A stretch of 64,000 bases of DNA from Blastocladiella emersonii ATCC 22665 (GCA_025594325.1 JANHCV010000011.1:1240001-1304000), one strand, 5' to 3'. Numbered from the stretch's first letter, positions 10,438 through 22,209 are shown. A program made the numbers and translations. Notes: a model not told the origin generated them from the letters alone.

Positions 10438-12431
10438 ATGGTCGCCGCCACCACGAACCTCTCGCTCGCCCTCGTGGCCACGGCGACCCTCGCCCTCCTC
10501 GCCGCATCGGCCGCCGATCCTGTGCTCGCCACCTCGGCCGCCAATGCCCGCGAGATCCCTCTCCCGATCCCCGAGGCCGAGTACATTCGCAAGCCCGCCA
10601 ACCCCGCCGACGACAAGTTTGTCCTCCGCGCCCACGAGGTACGCTTATTCTCGAGCAACTACACCTGTAACACTACGAGACGCTGAACCAACGCACGCAC
10701 GCACAATCGCGATCGTAGAATGGCGAGTTCATGGGCAGCGCGCTCGGCGCGACCAAGGCCAAGCAGGCCATGAACATGATGCACCCGATGCCCGTCAAGC
10801 GCAACAGCTTCGCGCCCGTCATGACCGTCAAGGCCATGTACGGCGCCGAGGTGCCGTCGCGCGAGAACGTGTTCGGCAAGCCGGCCATGATGGTCGCGAG
10901 CTGCGACCTCAACACCAAGATGGCGTCCGTCAACCTCGACAACTTCCCGCAGATCACCAAGGTCGAGTGCTCGGCCGAGTCGGTGACGCTCACCTTCGAC
11001 GACGCGGCGACGGCCGCGGCCGCCAGCGCCGAGTGGGCCAAGACGCAGGGCAAGTGGGCCGTGATCGTCGGCGGCGAGTGGAAGTGCGACGGCGCCGAGG
11101 AGATTGCCACGCGCGAGGTCACGGCCGCGCCCAAGGCCGCCGCTGACGGCACCGGCAAGGTCGTCCTGGCCACCAAGAAGATGGCCGTCGAGGACGTGGT
11201 CGCCGATTTCTCGCTCAAGGTCGCGCAGCACGACATGCCGTCGTCGTCGGGCGCGAACCTCGCCCGCCGCGACCTCTCCAACTCGGTCAGCTGGGACCTC
11301 GCCGTCAACTGGGACAAGAAGAAGCGCAAGCCGCTGAAGCCGTTCATCTCGCTGCTCAACACGTCCGTGGCCGAGCTCGGCGCCGACATCTCGCTGCACG
11401 GCCGCGCGACGTTCAGCCTCGAGGCCACGGGCAGCATCACGTCGCTCAAGACGTACCGCGTTGCGCTGTCGGGCGACATTGGCGCCAACCTCGACCTGTT
11501 CCTGCGCGCGCACAAGGAGCACAAGGCCGACCTGTTCTCGGTCGAGGTGTTCGTCCTGCCGCTGACCCCGTTCTACATTCCCGGCATTTTCTCCATGTCG
11601 CCCGAGCTGCGCCTCAAGGCGGCCGCCACGTACGAGCTGGCGGCGTCGCTCAAGCTGTCGGCGGGCCTCGAGCTCAGCTACCCGTTCGTGTGGAGCGTCG
11701 AGTCCAAGACGGGCCTGTTCGGCAAGCCGATCGCCAAGGCCGAGGGCGACATGCGCCTCCGCCCGCACCCGCCGACGCTCTCGGGCCAGGTCAGCGCGGG
11801 CATCGCGGCGCACGTCATCCCCGCGTTCGGCGTGGGTCTCCGGTTCTGGCGCATCCCGATCTTTGACCTGGCGCTCGAGCTCGATAACTCGATCGGTATG
11901 ACCATGTCGGCGGGCGGCAAGGCCGGTCTGGGGAACGACGGCAAGCCGGGCGCGTCGGGCGGCATCAACGTCGAGGTCGCGCACGAGCACTCGCTCGACT
12001 TCCGCATCCGCTCGGTCATCGCCAACAAGGCCTTCAACATCTGGTCCTCGGGCAAGCAGCCGCTGCCCGCGCTCAGCTTCAAGCTCGGCGGCGACCCTAA
12101 CCAGCGCATCGACGGCTCCCCGATCGCCCAGCCAACGGCCACGTCGACGGCGGGAGCCCCGCCTCGCTCGACGCCCATCAAGCCGGTGACGCGCGTCAAC
12201 CGCAAACACCCCCTCTTCAACGGCGGCAAGTCCAAGCCCACGTCCGGCGCCCCGTCCACGGCCCCGTCCACGGCCACGGCCACCGCAGCGAAGCCCGCTC
12301 CGACCCCGAAGCGCGGCTACCGCGATTTCGTCGAGCCCGGCAAAAGGTCGAGCACGCGTGCGGACCGTGGGACTGCCCGCCCGAGCCCAAGTCCGACTCG
12401 CCGCCCGAAGCGTGGCGACGCGAACGTTTGA
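10438..12431 (+). CDS. Secreted beta-rich protein, DUF7029/DUF7223-like, with Pro/Thr-rich tail (exons 10438-10638, 10719-12431)
   Basis: Hydrophobic signal peptide; 80-nt GT-AG intron restores the frame; strong GC3 bias. VNLDNFPQITKVECSAESVTLTFDD...W and LTPFYIPGIFSMSPELRL resemble fungal DUF7029 and DUF7223 as I recall them. Kex2-like LARR|D site. Confidence 0.75.
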
Positions 12432-13249
12432 GCGTGGCCGCCGACATCAGTCGGGCCTTTGCTGCTGTTGATTCTGATAGTTTGAATAATAAAATGTGTC
12501 TACTTGATCAGCCTCCCCTTCAGTCGAGACAAACCAGTTGAATGAGTGTGCTCAAAGGCGAACTCCGAGTGGCACATCGATCAATCATCAAGCGAGCGAT
12601 GGACACGGCAATTGGGTCATCGGCCGCCTCCTCTCATTCGAGTCGCAGACGGCACCGCTAATGCTTGAAAGTGGCGATGGCGTTGCGCGCAAAGCCTTGA
12701 ACTCGACCTTACACAACGTCGTCGCGGGCGAGTCCTAAGCACAAGTATGGCGTCGCAGCATTCGGACAGCGGGCGTAATGATCGAGCTGCTAAGCTCAGC
12801 AAACGCCTGTCAGCAAGCTTTGCACACGGTGCGAACCGTACAAGTACTTTACGCACCGCCCGACCGAAAGCGCGTGGTTACTGCTCACGTGAGTGGCGCG
12901 GCGCGTAAAGTCTGGCGGCGCGGTCCCGTCTCGAGCGAGTGGAACTCGAGGTGCAGGGCCGTCGTAAGAGTGTATCATCTCAAGACAAGGCTCGAACATT
13001 GACTATTTCAATCTAATTGTGCGTGAACCACAATATAAGCATCAGTCGCATGAGGGACACGTGTGCCGTGGCGGGTGGGTTCCCACGCTGCCGCGGCGCG
13101 CCAGCTTGCCCGGTCGCGCCACGCCATCGCGACGAGTTCGATGCGACTCTGTGTAAATACCCACCAGCACTGCCTCGTTGCTTCCTGGTCGCTCCGCACG
13201 GTCACGCAGCCCGGTTCCTGGTCATGCGGGCCCGACGGGCTTTCCACGT

Positions 13250-14950
13250 TCGAGCCTCCCACATTCAATGTCCGGGAGTTGTTTCTGCGCCTTGATTTTA
13301 GCTCCATGTCCTGGGCTGATCAAATTGCACTCCTCGGTGCCCTCGTGGACTCGGTCTTTGCCCCACAGCTCTCGCTACGCCGTGTTCCATCAACTGCCCT
13401 CCATCATTACCGACTGTTGTCCGCTCCTGCTTCAAGTCGAGCGACCCGGTCCGAGCTCCAGGTCCTCGACTGGCTCGTGGCCAACGGCTGGACCAACACC
13501 GCGGCCGCACGCAAGGGCCCGCTTGCAGCCCGGATCGTTTACTGCGGCCCGGCTGCCTTTGCCCTCCGTGCTTGCCCGCCACAAGCACATCGTTCTCGAG
13601 GGCGTGACGCCGGCCTACCCGCACCACTTTGGCTCGCGCGGTGGCCACGACCGCGTCATCATGTGGTTTTGGATTCCGCCCTTTGTCTCTCCCGCCCAGC
13701 TCGCGGTGATTCTCGAGCCGGGCCTGCTTGATGATACCTTCGCTTGGAGATGGGACCGTGCCATTGCATTCGCCTCGCAGAATTTTCCCCCGAGTGTTTG
13801 GGTCCGGTCCGCGCGCACCTTGGCGAGGAAAAGTGGCTGCAATCGATTGAAAAAAAGGTACGCGCGTTGCCCCGCCGCTAGTGTACGATTGCTCGGGCCA
13901 AGGTTGATGTCCTGTTGTTGTTGTTATGTAGAGGTTTCCTTGTGTGATCGACAACCCGTGCTTCGTCGGGTGCAGCAGCAGCGACAAGGACGAGCTCCCA
14001 GTGCCTTTTTCCGGCGACTCACGCACAGGCACTCCTCCGCTTCACTCGCGAGTCGAGCCTCGGCGATTTCTCTGGCATCTTTGCCGAGGCCATCCTCAAG
14101 TGCGCCTACAAGTACCAGGACTCTGCCGCCAAGGCGCTCACGCGTTTTCTCGGCTGCAACGTGGTCGCGGACCCAGTCGATCTCGTTGCGATCGCAAGCA
14201 GAGTGTTCCAGCGCCTTGGCGGAACAACCAAGTTCCTGGACTCTTGACTGTGCCCGGCACCTGGTTTTGCTTGGCACGGTCGCTTTTGGCGGCTCAACGA
14301 GTACGAGTACGAGCGCCGCCGCCCGCGCGCTTGACATTGTGGCCGAGACGGGCACCGCGTCGTGCTGGCTCGAGGAGATGCTCTGGGCAACCGCGTGCCT
14401 GCCCGAGTCAACGACCTGTGGCGGTGTTGCGCCGGCCCTTGCGCAGGGCGCCGATTGCTGCCCATGTTCTTGCACCACCCCGCTCAGCGCGACGTGCTCG
14501 CTTCCCTGCTCAAACGCTTCCCGTCAGCGGTGCGTGGCGTCGGAATCAAGCGTGCGCTGATTGTTCCGCGCACAATGGCCCTCGACCGCCGCACGCTTGT
14601 TTCCGACTTGGTTCGCGCTCTCGCCAGGAGTCTCAAACTACTTGCTGCACCCTTAATGAGACGAGCGACAGCCGCGGGCCAGCGCGGTACCTGTTCGAGT
14701 CGTTTGCTTGCGCGGATCCACAGTGGGTGCGCGACTTTTTCTTGAGGCACACGCACCCATTCCGCCGCAAATCTTTGACGTCTTGGCCAACGCGACGCCG
14801 CTTGACGAGGTTGAGCTCGCCCAGCTCGCAGACCTGGCCGGTGTTGTTGACGACGACAATCCGCCGCCAAAGCAGTCGCACCTCGCTCGTGCCTGGGGTT
14901 ACCTATCCCAAGTTGTTGGCAGTTTGATCCCGCGTGCCGCCGCGCCCTAA
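13250..14950 (+). pseudogene. Frameshifted gene relic(s), possibly ankyrin-like
   Basis: Protein-like pieces in alternating frames (LQVLDWLVANGW; VIMWFWIPPFVSPAQLAVILEPGLLDD; VLASLLKRFPSAV...; ARLFLEAHAPIPPQIFDVL...*) with weak codon bias. The family is a guess. Confidence 0.35.
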
Positions 14951-15254
14951 CATGATACACTAAACCTTTGCTTTTCGCCCGTCGCGCACACCTTTGATAT
15001 ATCAGGGATATGCTGCGCGTGAGGTGGCGACACCCCGAACGGGATATCCATCCATCATTCTCGAACGCGTTCAGTGGTTCTTTTCCCGTCGTCGCTCTAA
15101 GAGCCGTCGTTGACCTTGTTCGAAATGGTCGAGGGAACCCATGCGGGTTGCGTCACTTCAATGTTCATCGGCGCTGGACGAGCAAAGTGTCCCCTCCGCT
15201 CTCGCCGATGATGGGTTTGATGCGGACGGCGGCCGCCACCATGACTACGAGGTT

Positions 15255-15456
15255 GATGGACGCGCCGAGATATCACGTGCGCGTGTCTCACGCGTGCGGC
15301 AGTGTCTCGCACTCTTGCAACCACGCGCCGTCCCCCTCAAAAGCGTTGCGACGCGATGGAAAACAGCCCCGCACTGAGTCGAGTGAGCTAGAACACGTAG
15401 GACCCCGGACCCACAAAGTCCCGCCGCCTGCGATGGACGGAGCGCTTAGCTTTTGT
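15255..15456 (+). repeat. 202-bp dispersed repeat, copy 1
   Basis: Aligns without length change to 60179-60380. The last ~100 bp differ at one position. GATGGACG occurs at the start and near the end. Confidence 0.9.
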
Positions 15457-15669
15457 TTCGGAACGACCTTATTTTGCCACCGACCCGTGTTGGGTGAATC
15501 TTTCTTGGCTAGGTTCTTCGCGAGGTCGGGATTCGAGACTCGCCGCGTCGCCATTTCGGGCGCTGAAGTCGAGCCCGCCCAGTTCATCATTTTTTTTGCG
15601 CAGTCAACTACTCGATGAAAACACACGGTACCCACGGCACCATGTGCTGAGAGCGCTGGATCAGCGAAG

Positions 15670-16109
15670 CGAGCCACTAGTGCGTTCGAAGTGCCCCTCA
15701 CATGACCGCGTTGCGCCACTTCTCCTCTCTCGCCCGCTCAAATCAAGGGATGGCCCTCACTTTCCCGAGAGCCAGTAAAACGTCGAGGTGAAGGAAGTAG
15801 AAGGGGGGTGTATACAGGATCAAACTTCACACTCGGACTCGCGCGGCGCGCGCACACCGGACCCGCGCGTCGCGTCACTCGACGCGGCCGCGGCCGCGGC
15901 CACCACGACCTTACGCCGACGTGGCGGGCTTGGCGAGGTACTTCTCGATGTCGCCGGCAATATCCTCGGGATTGGTGAGCGACGTGTAGCGGTTGACGAC
16001 GTTGCCGTCGCGGTCGACCAGGAACTTCTCTACACAGACCAGGCGAAGTCGCGGGTGTTAGCCGAAGTCGCGGAGCGTGTCGAGTGTGCCGAACATGCCG
16101 AAATTCCAC
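15670..16109 (-). pseudogene. Truncated duplicate of the GPX 3' end (WNF, intron 16030-16098, last exon 15911-16029, 3' flank)
   Basis: Direct repeat of about 18610-19040. The last exon reads EKFLVDRDGNVVNRYTSLTNPEDIAGDIEKYLAKPATSA*. Homology stops at 16109-16110. Confidence 0.85.
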
Positions 16110-16360
16110 TGTTCACCATGTGATTGACGCGGAAACATGTCCACCGCACAATGACACCCAAACCCTTGGCTTCCCGACCACCGCAGCCTGCGGTGTTTGG
16201 GGCTGCAGCAGCCGCTGAAAGCTGCCAACTCGACCTTTGCACCGCAGCCCCGCTTCTCTCTCTTTCCTTGATCTGACCCATTTTGCAACGTATCAACAAC
16301 ACGCAACCAAAGCTTAGTCCCAGCGCCGCCAGCTTCATCGATCTCTCGCACACGCCAGCC

Positions 16361-17794
16361 ATGAGCTTCAACGTCGGTGGCCAGAACGCCACGCCCGTGC
16401 GACCCGGCAACCCTCTTGTTCCTATGCAAACGCCCAACATCGGTCCAGCCGGTCCGGCTGCGTCGGGCACTGCCGCCGGCGTGGGTAGCGGGAACGCCTC
16501 TGGCGCCAGACAGACTTCAGCGGAGGCTGGCGTTTTGACTTTGGGTCCCAACAGCGCGGTCAGCTCATGTCCGCTGGTCTTTCAGAATTTGGTCATTTCC
16601 AGCACCACCCGCGAGATTCCCATTGTCGATCTCGTCACCAAGCACGGTCTGTGCAAAAATGGCAAGCCCGTTTCGGCCGACGCACCCGTCTCGGACAAGC
16701 ACTGCGGACTTATGGCCAATCTCGAGCAGCAGCTCGCTCAATTCTCGCTCAAAGGATGCATCACGCTCTCCGAGGGCTCGTCCACTGGCACGCCACTCAA
16801 GTTACTTTGCTCAAACGACTTTGGCGTCCCCGCCGACCCGAACGGTTTTCCTGTTCCGCGCGACCTTCTTTCAGCGGGAGGTGCGATCCGACTTGACGTA
16901 CCCGCTGCTGGTTCCAACCCGTCTGCACTTATGAAATTCGTCCCGACCGGTACCACGTCCGCCGAATGTGCACCAATTTGCGCCAAGAATGCACTCGGCG
17001 GTGCTGCGCTGACGATGCAGGACCTTCCTACAATCGGCGCACAGGACAAACCCGAGGGTGCCACAGCCTTTCTTCATGGTTGTCTTGTCTACAGCAAGAA
17101 CAACTCCGAGGCGTGCAGCTGGCTCAACTTGGCCCCGCTGTTATCTCGCAATGGAACCGTTTCCCGCCTTGGCGTTATGAGCTTTGTCCACTGCGGCAAC
17201 GCGACGTCCGACATTTACAAAGCCTCCAGCGCTCTTTCCATGCTTTCACTGACCCCACCAACGGCAACGAACAACGGCAGCGGACCTAACGACGTAACGA
17301 CTGACCCTTCCGATTCAACCTCAACCGGCCAACTTGGCGGGCTCGCTATCGTTGGGATTGCTGCAGGAGCAGTCGTTGCACTTGTGCTTGGGGTACGCTC
17401 TCAGTTCCATCGTGTTCGGTTACGAGTTGTTTCCGTTGCTCACCCTACAACTGTGTAGGTTGTCTTCGTTGTCGTCTACCGTCGCCGCAAGGCAAACCAA
17501 CGGTTTGCAACGCTCAGCAAGCACAATTCGGACGTGTCTCCTCGGGCATCTGAACCATCGGCGGCAGCAATCACAATCGAGCGCGCGGACGAGCAGCTGC
17601 GCCTGTCACGAGCGCCGTTCCCTACGGCCCACTCGACGGAGTCGACGCTTTACCTTCCAGGTGCCCCGCTGGCCGATACGGATGCGCTTCTTATTCTGCC
17701 TGGACCGGAAACACCTACAACGCCTACGACGCCTCGGCGGGCGCCTGTGCTCCAGGGCGTCGTCACGCGCGAGGCCGCGGAGAACCGCACCTAG
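16361..17794 (+). CDS. Single-pass membrane protein with Cys-containing ectodomain (exons 16361?-17392, 17459-17794; true start uncertain)
   Basis: Splicing the 66-nt gtacgc...tgtgtag intron completes a TM helix GGLAIVGIAAGAVVALVLG|VVFVVVY followed by RRRK. No signal peptide is seen from 16361. Confidence 0.6.
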
Positions 17795-18841
17795 GACGCG
17801 ATTTGGTCGATATAGAAGAGTTCTTTGTGTTCATCATGAGATGGCCGGTGATTTGATACCTCAGAGAGGCTTGGATCAGCTTGAGCGGGAGACCACGAGC
17901 CGCAGCTCGGCAGCGTGAGACGCGCCGATCAAACACGTGATGTGCGAGACACGCGGCTGGCCGAGCCGCGGCGCGCGTGTCGCTTTAGGCACCGAGTAAG
18001 GTCTTAGCAGGGGTGTTGGTCTTACGCTCACGCAATGCTGTTCCTATGAAGGCCTTGATGCGCAAGGATATACGAGCTTTCCCGTTTCGCCCGCTGCATG
18101 CTCACTCGCGTGACGAAAGCCTCTTTCGCAACCATATCGGTTGATGGGCTTTCTCGCACTTCCTGGTTTGAGAGCACTGGTTTGATCAGCACATCAGCGC
18201 GCCCTGGCCAAACGTCCCCCTCGATCCTCATGTTGCCTGGGCGCAACGCGAGATTTAAGGCACAGCCGGTTGGTGCGTGTACAGCAATGGCATAGATTCA
18301 CGTCGATGCAGACGATTGGATGATGAGGGCGATTGCAACCATCCTCCTTCTCCCGCTTGATTGTCCACCTTCTGCACGATAGACTCCCGGTCTCGAACAG
18401 CAGTGGAGGATGTGTTCTCAATCAACTTTGGACTCTGCTAGCATGCGCACCGTGTTGTGTAACAACTGGTTGCACGAGAACCCGCGGACCAGTCGGCGGC
18501 GATCCTTGGACTTTTTTGATGACGATTTAGACGTTGGCCCTGATGGCCCTGATGCGGCTTCACGGTCTTGCTCGGCCTGCTCGACTTACGCGACAGTTGC
18601 TGATTAGCGAGTCATGAACGCGTTCGAGGTGCCCCTCACATGACCGTGTTGCGCCACTTCTCCCTTCGCTCGCTTAAAAAAAGCGTTTGTCTCCTCTTTC
18701 TCGAGCGCGAGCAATACCTCGAGGTGGGAGAAGTAGAAGGGGGATGTATACAGGATCAAACGTCACACTCGGACTCGCGCGGGGCGCGCGATCACTAACT
18801 CGCGCGTCGCGTCACTCGACTCGGCCGCGGCCACCACGACC

Positions 18842-19636
18842 TTACGCCGACGTGGCGGGCTTGGCGAGGTACTTCTCGATGTCGCCGGCAATGTCCTCGG
18901 GCTTGGTGAGCGACGTGTAGCGGTTGACGACGTTGCCGTCGCGGTCGACCAGGAACTTCTCTACACAGACCAGGCGAAGTCGCGGGCGTTAGCCGAAGTC
19001 GCGGAGCGTGTCGAGTGTGCCGAACATGCCAAAGTTCCACTTCACCGATTTCAAAAACATGCTACTCTTCTGCGACTTGAGGTACTTGTAGACGGGGTGC
19101 TCGTTCTCGCCGTTGACGTCGACCTTGGCCATGACGGGGAAGCTGACGCCGTAGTTGAGGCGGCACGTGGTGACGATCTCCTCCTCGGTGCCGGGCTCCT
19201 GGCCGCCGAACTGGTTGCACGGGAACCCGATCACCTGCAGGCCTTGGTCCTTGTACTTCTTGTTGAGGGCCTCGAGGCCGTCGTACTGCGGGGTGAAGCC
19301 GCACTTGGAGGCCACGTTGACGATCAGGACCACCTTGCCCTGGAAGTCGGAGAACTTGACCTCGTTCTTGCGCGCGTCGAGCGCCGTCAGGGCGTAGAAG
19401 GGGGACGTGGTCATGGTGGCTGACGAGGTCGCGGCGGGCACGGGCGGGTCGGTTAGCGCACGCGGCTTGGTGGCGGTGGGGGAGGTAGTGGTGGTGGTAG
19501 CGGGGTGGCGGATGGGGTAGACGACGCGCGGGGCCGAGTTGGGGGAGGGGAAGAGGTGGGCCGAGAGCAGCGCGACGAGCACGCCGACGGCGACGTGGCG
19601 CCAGTCGAGCTTCTCGAGGAGCGTGGAGGCGGGCAT
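18842..19636 (-). CDS. GPX: Glutathione peroxidase family protein, Cys-type (thioredoxin-dependent GPX-like); exons 19636-19030, 18960-18842
   Basis: Motifs GKVVLIVNVASKCGFTPQY, GFPCNQFGGQEPG and KWNF|EKFLVDRDG. A 69-nt GC-AG intron. Hydrophobic N-terminal extension, with a second in-frame ATG at 19414. Confidence 0.93.
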
Positions 19637-20242
19637 GAAGTTGCTGCAAGTCGGTGCCGCGCGTCGTCGAGGATCGAGAGTGAGGGAGAGGAGGGGAGGG
19701 AGGTCAGGCCGCGCAGGTCGAGTTGGGGGCAGCCGGTGCGGGTGCTCGCTCACCTTGTGGTTGTTGTTGGTTCGTAGGGATCCGTTGCATACAACTGTAT
19801 CGTTGGGTTGCGGGGAGAGAGAGGGAGGGGGGCGCGTACCGAGGGCCCTCTTATGGTGGTGGAGCGAGTGGGCGGCGGCGCGGAGCATGGTGGCGAGGGC
19901 GGTCGGCCGGTCGGGTCGGGGTCGGATGCGGATGAGCTCAGCTGCTTGCGGGCGCCGGAAGCTGCTCGGTCACTGAAAAGTCAATCCTTCGGTCCGAACG
20001 ACGCGAGGGGAGGGACCGACGTCATTATGTACGTGGCGGTGGCGGGCAGCGAACCGGGGCGAAGCTTCGCGGCTCAACGCGCGTGGTGTGGTCGGTCAGC
20101 GCGGCGGTTCGATGCCGATCCCGCCCGCCGAGCTCACGCGTTGGTCGGTGTCTCACGCACACGTGGGAAAAACAAAGTGTCTCACGGCTCATCAACGCGT
20201 CTCACACAGCCTAGCTATACATTTCCACCCCACTCTGAGCTC

Positions 20243-22006
20243 TCACGCCCACTGCCGCTCGACGCCGGCCTCCGCATACTCTGCCGCGTGCATGACGCGC
20301 GCCTCGTCACCCACGACGCCGCTCCACTCGCGGTCGTGGAGCTTTCCCGCCCAGTTCTCGCCCGAGCTCGACGGCCACGTATTGAGCAGCAGGTGCGTCC
20401 CGCGCTCGGGCACCTTGACGCGCGGGGCACCAGGAAGCACCGCCGCCGGCGCGCCGTGGTCGGCGACGGCGAACACGGGCCGGCCGTCGACGCGCCAGAC
20501 GACCGCGTGCCTTGTCCACCCGACCGCGTACGAGTGCAGCGCCTCGGTCGCGTCCCACCCGCACCGCACGCGGCGAGGCAGCCCGCCGCCCGCCTGCACC
20601 GCGTTGTCCTCGAACAGGTTCAGCTGCACCGTCCGCGGCAGGTTGCCCGTCACCTCGACGATGTCGATCTCCTGCACCGGGTCCGCCGACCGGTACGTGA
20701 ACGCGGCCGAGACGACGCCCGACGCGCGAGCCGCGCGGAGCGTCGCGTGCAGCCACACCACCTCGTTGCGCGCGCCGGCGGTGGCAGTTGCGGGCGCAGG
20801 GGCCTGCGAGTCGTGCGCGTGCGAGCGCGCGTGGTGATGCGGGAGGTGCACGCCGATCTTGCCGAGGAGCGAGGTGATGGACCCGCGCTTCTCCTTCTTG
20901 CCCGCCGCGTGCTGCTGCCCTTGGCCGCCCGCCGCCGCTCCGCCGACGACCTGCGGCGGCGCAATCTCGACAGCGCTGCGCACCTCGGCCGCGAAATACG
21001 GCTTATCCTTATGCGCCCTGGCACCCGCGCTCGCGCACCGCGTGACCTCGATCACGAGCCGCCCGCCGCCCATCGCCGCATCGTGCACCGCGACCGCGTT
21101 GTCGGGCCGGAACTGCGCGAGGTTGGCCGCGAACGAGTGCGTGCTGCGGTCCCACGCGTGGCCCGGGAACGTGCCGCCGTGATCGTGCGTGCGGCTGCCG
21201 CACGGCGCGCGCGGCGTGGCGGTTGTGGGGGAGAGGCCGAGCAGGGCGAGCGACCGCGCGTCCATTTCCTCGGACCACGCGCACCGAGCGTTGGGGGATG
21301 ACGTCCACACCGAAAAGTCGGCCAGGCCGTGGCACTCGCCGCGGTCCTGCCACTCGTCCACGTCCGGCAGGACCATGAGCGCGCGGCCGGGCGTCCCCGA
21401 AACGGTAGGCGCGGTCCACACGGGCGACGCGAACTTGGCGAGCCGCGTGACGCCGAGCGCGGCCGCGGGGTCCGCGAACTCGAGCCACACGTCGGCGCGG
21501 ACGCACACGAGCGACTCGGCCGGCTCCATGTCGTTGCGCATGAACCCCTCGGCAGGAGGCGGGCGCACGAGGAACTGGCCGACCCAGACCGGGTTCGCGC
21601 CAGATACCGCCGTCCCCCACGCGTACGCGCGGCCGTCCTCGAGCAGCGTGCGTCCGCCGACGACTGCGCGCACGCTCGCGGCGGGCTGTGTGGCGGCCCA
21701 TGCACGCGGCGCGAGGCGCAGCGCCAGGAAACCGTAGCCGAGGTCGCGCGGGACCGACGCGTGCATCCACTCGTTGGTCGCGACGGGCGACTGCGCGTAC
21801 CCCGCCGCCCACTCGGTCTGGATCACGGTCGCACCGTCGGATGGCGGGCCCACCGTGTAGCTGCCCGGAACGGTAGCAGCGGTGGAGCCGGCGGGCGCGA
21901 CGGGGAGCGCGCGCGAGCTGTCGGCCGAGCGCAGGTCGAACTGCGCGCCGACGATGACCATGTCGGCGCTGTGCATGGGATGTTGAAGGTTCATGGTGCC
22001 TAGCAT
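20243..22006 (-). CDS. Protein with C-terminal glycoside hydrolase family 16 domain and unknown N-terminal region
   Basis: QEIDIVE catalytic motif, SGVVSAAFTY, HSYAVGWTRHAVVWRVDG, LLLNTW...WAG. A TATAAAA-like box about 55 nt upstream of ATG 22006 supports this start. Confidence 0.75.
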   Translation of the reverse strand: MLGTMNLQHPMHSADMVIVGAQFDLRSADSSRALPVAPAGSTAATVPGSYTVGPPSDGATVIQTEWAAGYAQSPVATNEWMHASVPRDLGYGFLALRLAPRAWAATQPAASVRAVVGGRTLLEDGRAYAWGTAVSGANPVWVGQFLVRPPPAEGFMRNDMEPAESLVCVRADVWLEFADPAAALGVTRLAKFASPVWTAPTVSGTPGRALMVLPDVDEWQDRGECHGLADFSVWTSSPNARCAWSEEMDARSLALLGLSPTTATPRAPCGSRTHDHGGTFPGHAWDRSTHSFAANLAQFRPDNAVAVHDAAMGGGRLVIEVTRCASAGARAHKDKPYFAAEVRSAVEIAPPQVVGGAAAGGQGQQHAAGKKEKRGSITSLLGKIGVHLPHHHARSHAHDSQAPAPATATAGARNEVVWLHATLRAARASGVVSAAFTYRSADPVQEIDIVEVTGNLPRTVQLNLFEDNAVQAGGGLPRRVRCGWDATEALHSYAVGWTRHAVVWRVDGRPVFAVADHGAPAAVLPGAPRVKVPERGTHLLLNTWPSSSGENWAGKLHDREWSGVVGDEARVMHAAEYAEAGVERQWA

Positions 22007-22209
22007 GGTGTTGTTGCGTGGGGAGGGAGGGAGAGGACGCTCCGCGAGGGCAGTGTCCGTTTTTATACCCTCGGCGAGCGCGCGGCACCGCTGAGCCGCA
22101 CCACCCTGAGCCGCACCACCGACCAACGCGAAGTGAAACGCGCTCCCCCTTCGAGACTTAGACGTCAAAGAAGCGCATCTGATTCTTCTACTCTGCACAC
22201 ACAGCCTGG

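Noticed and set aside
15375-15395. Helitron 3' end (hairpin + CTAG) in the 202-bp repeat
   Set aside because: The stem is only 4 bp, and similarity between the copies continues about 65 bp past the CTAG.
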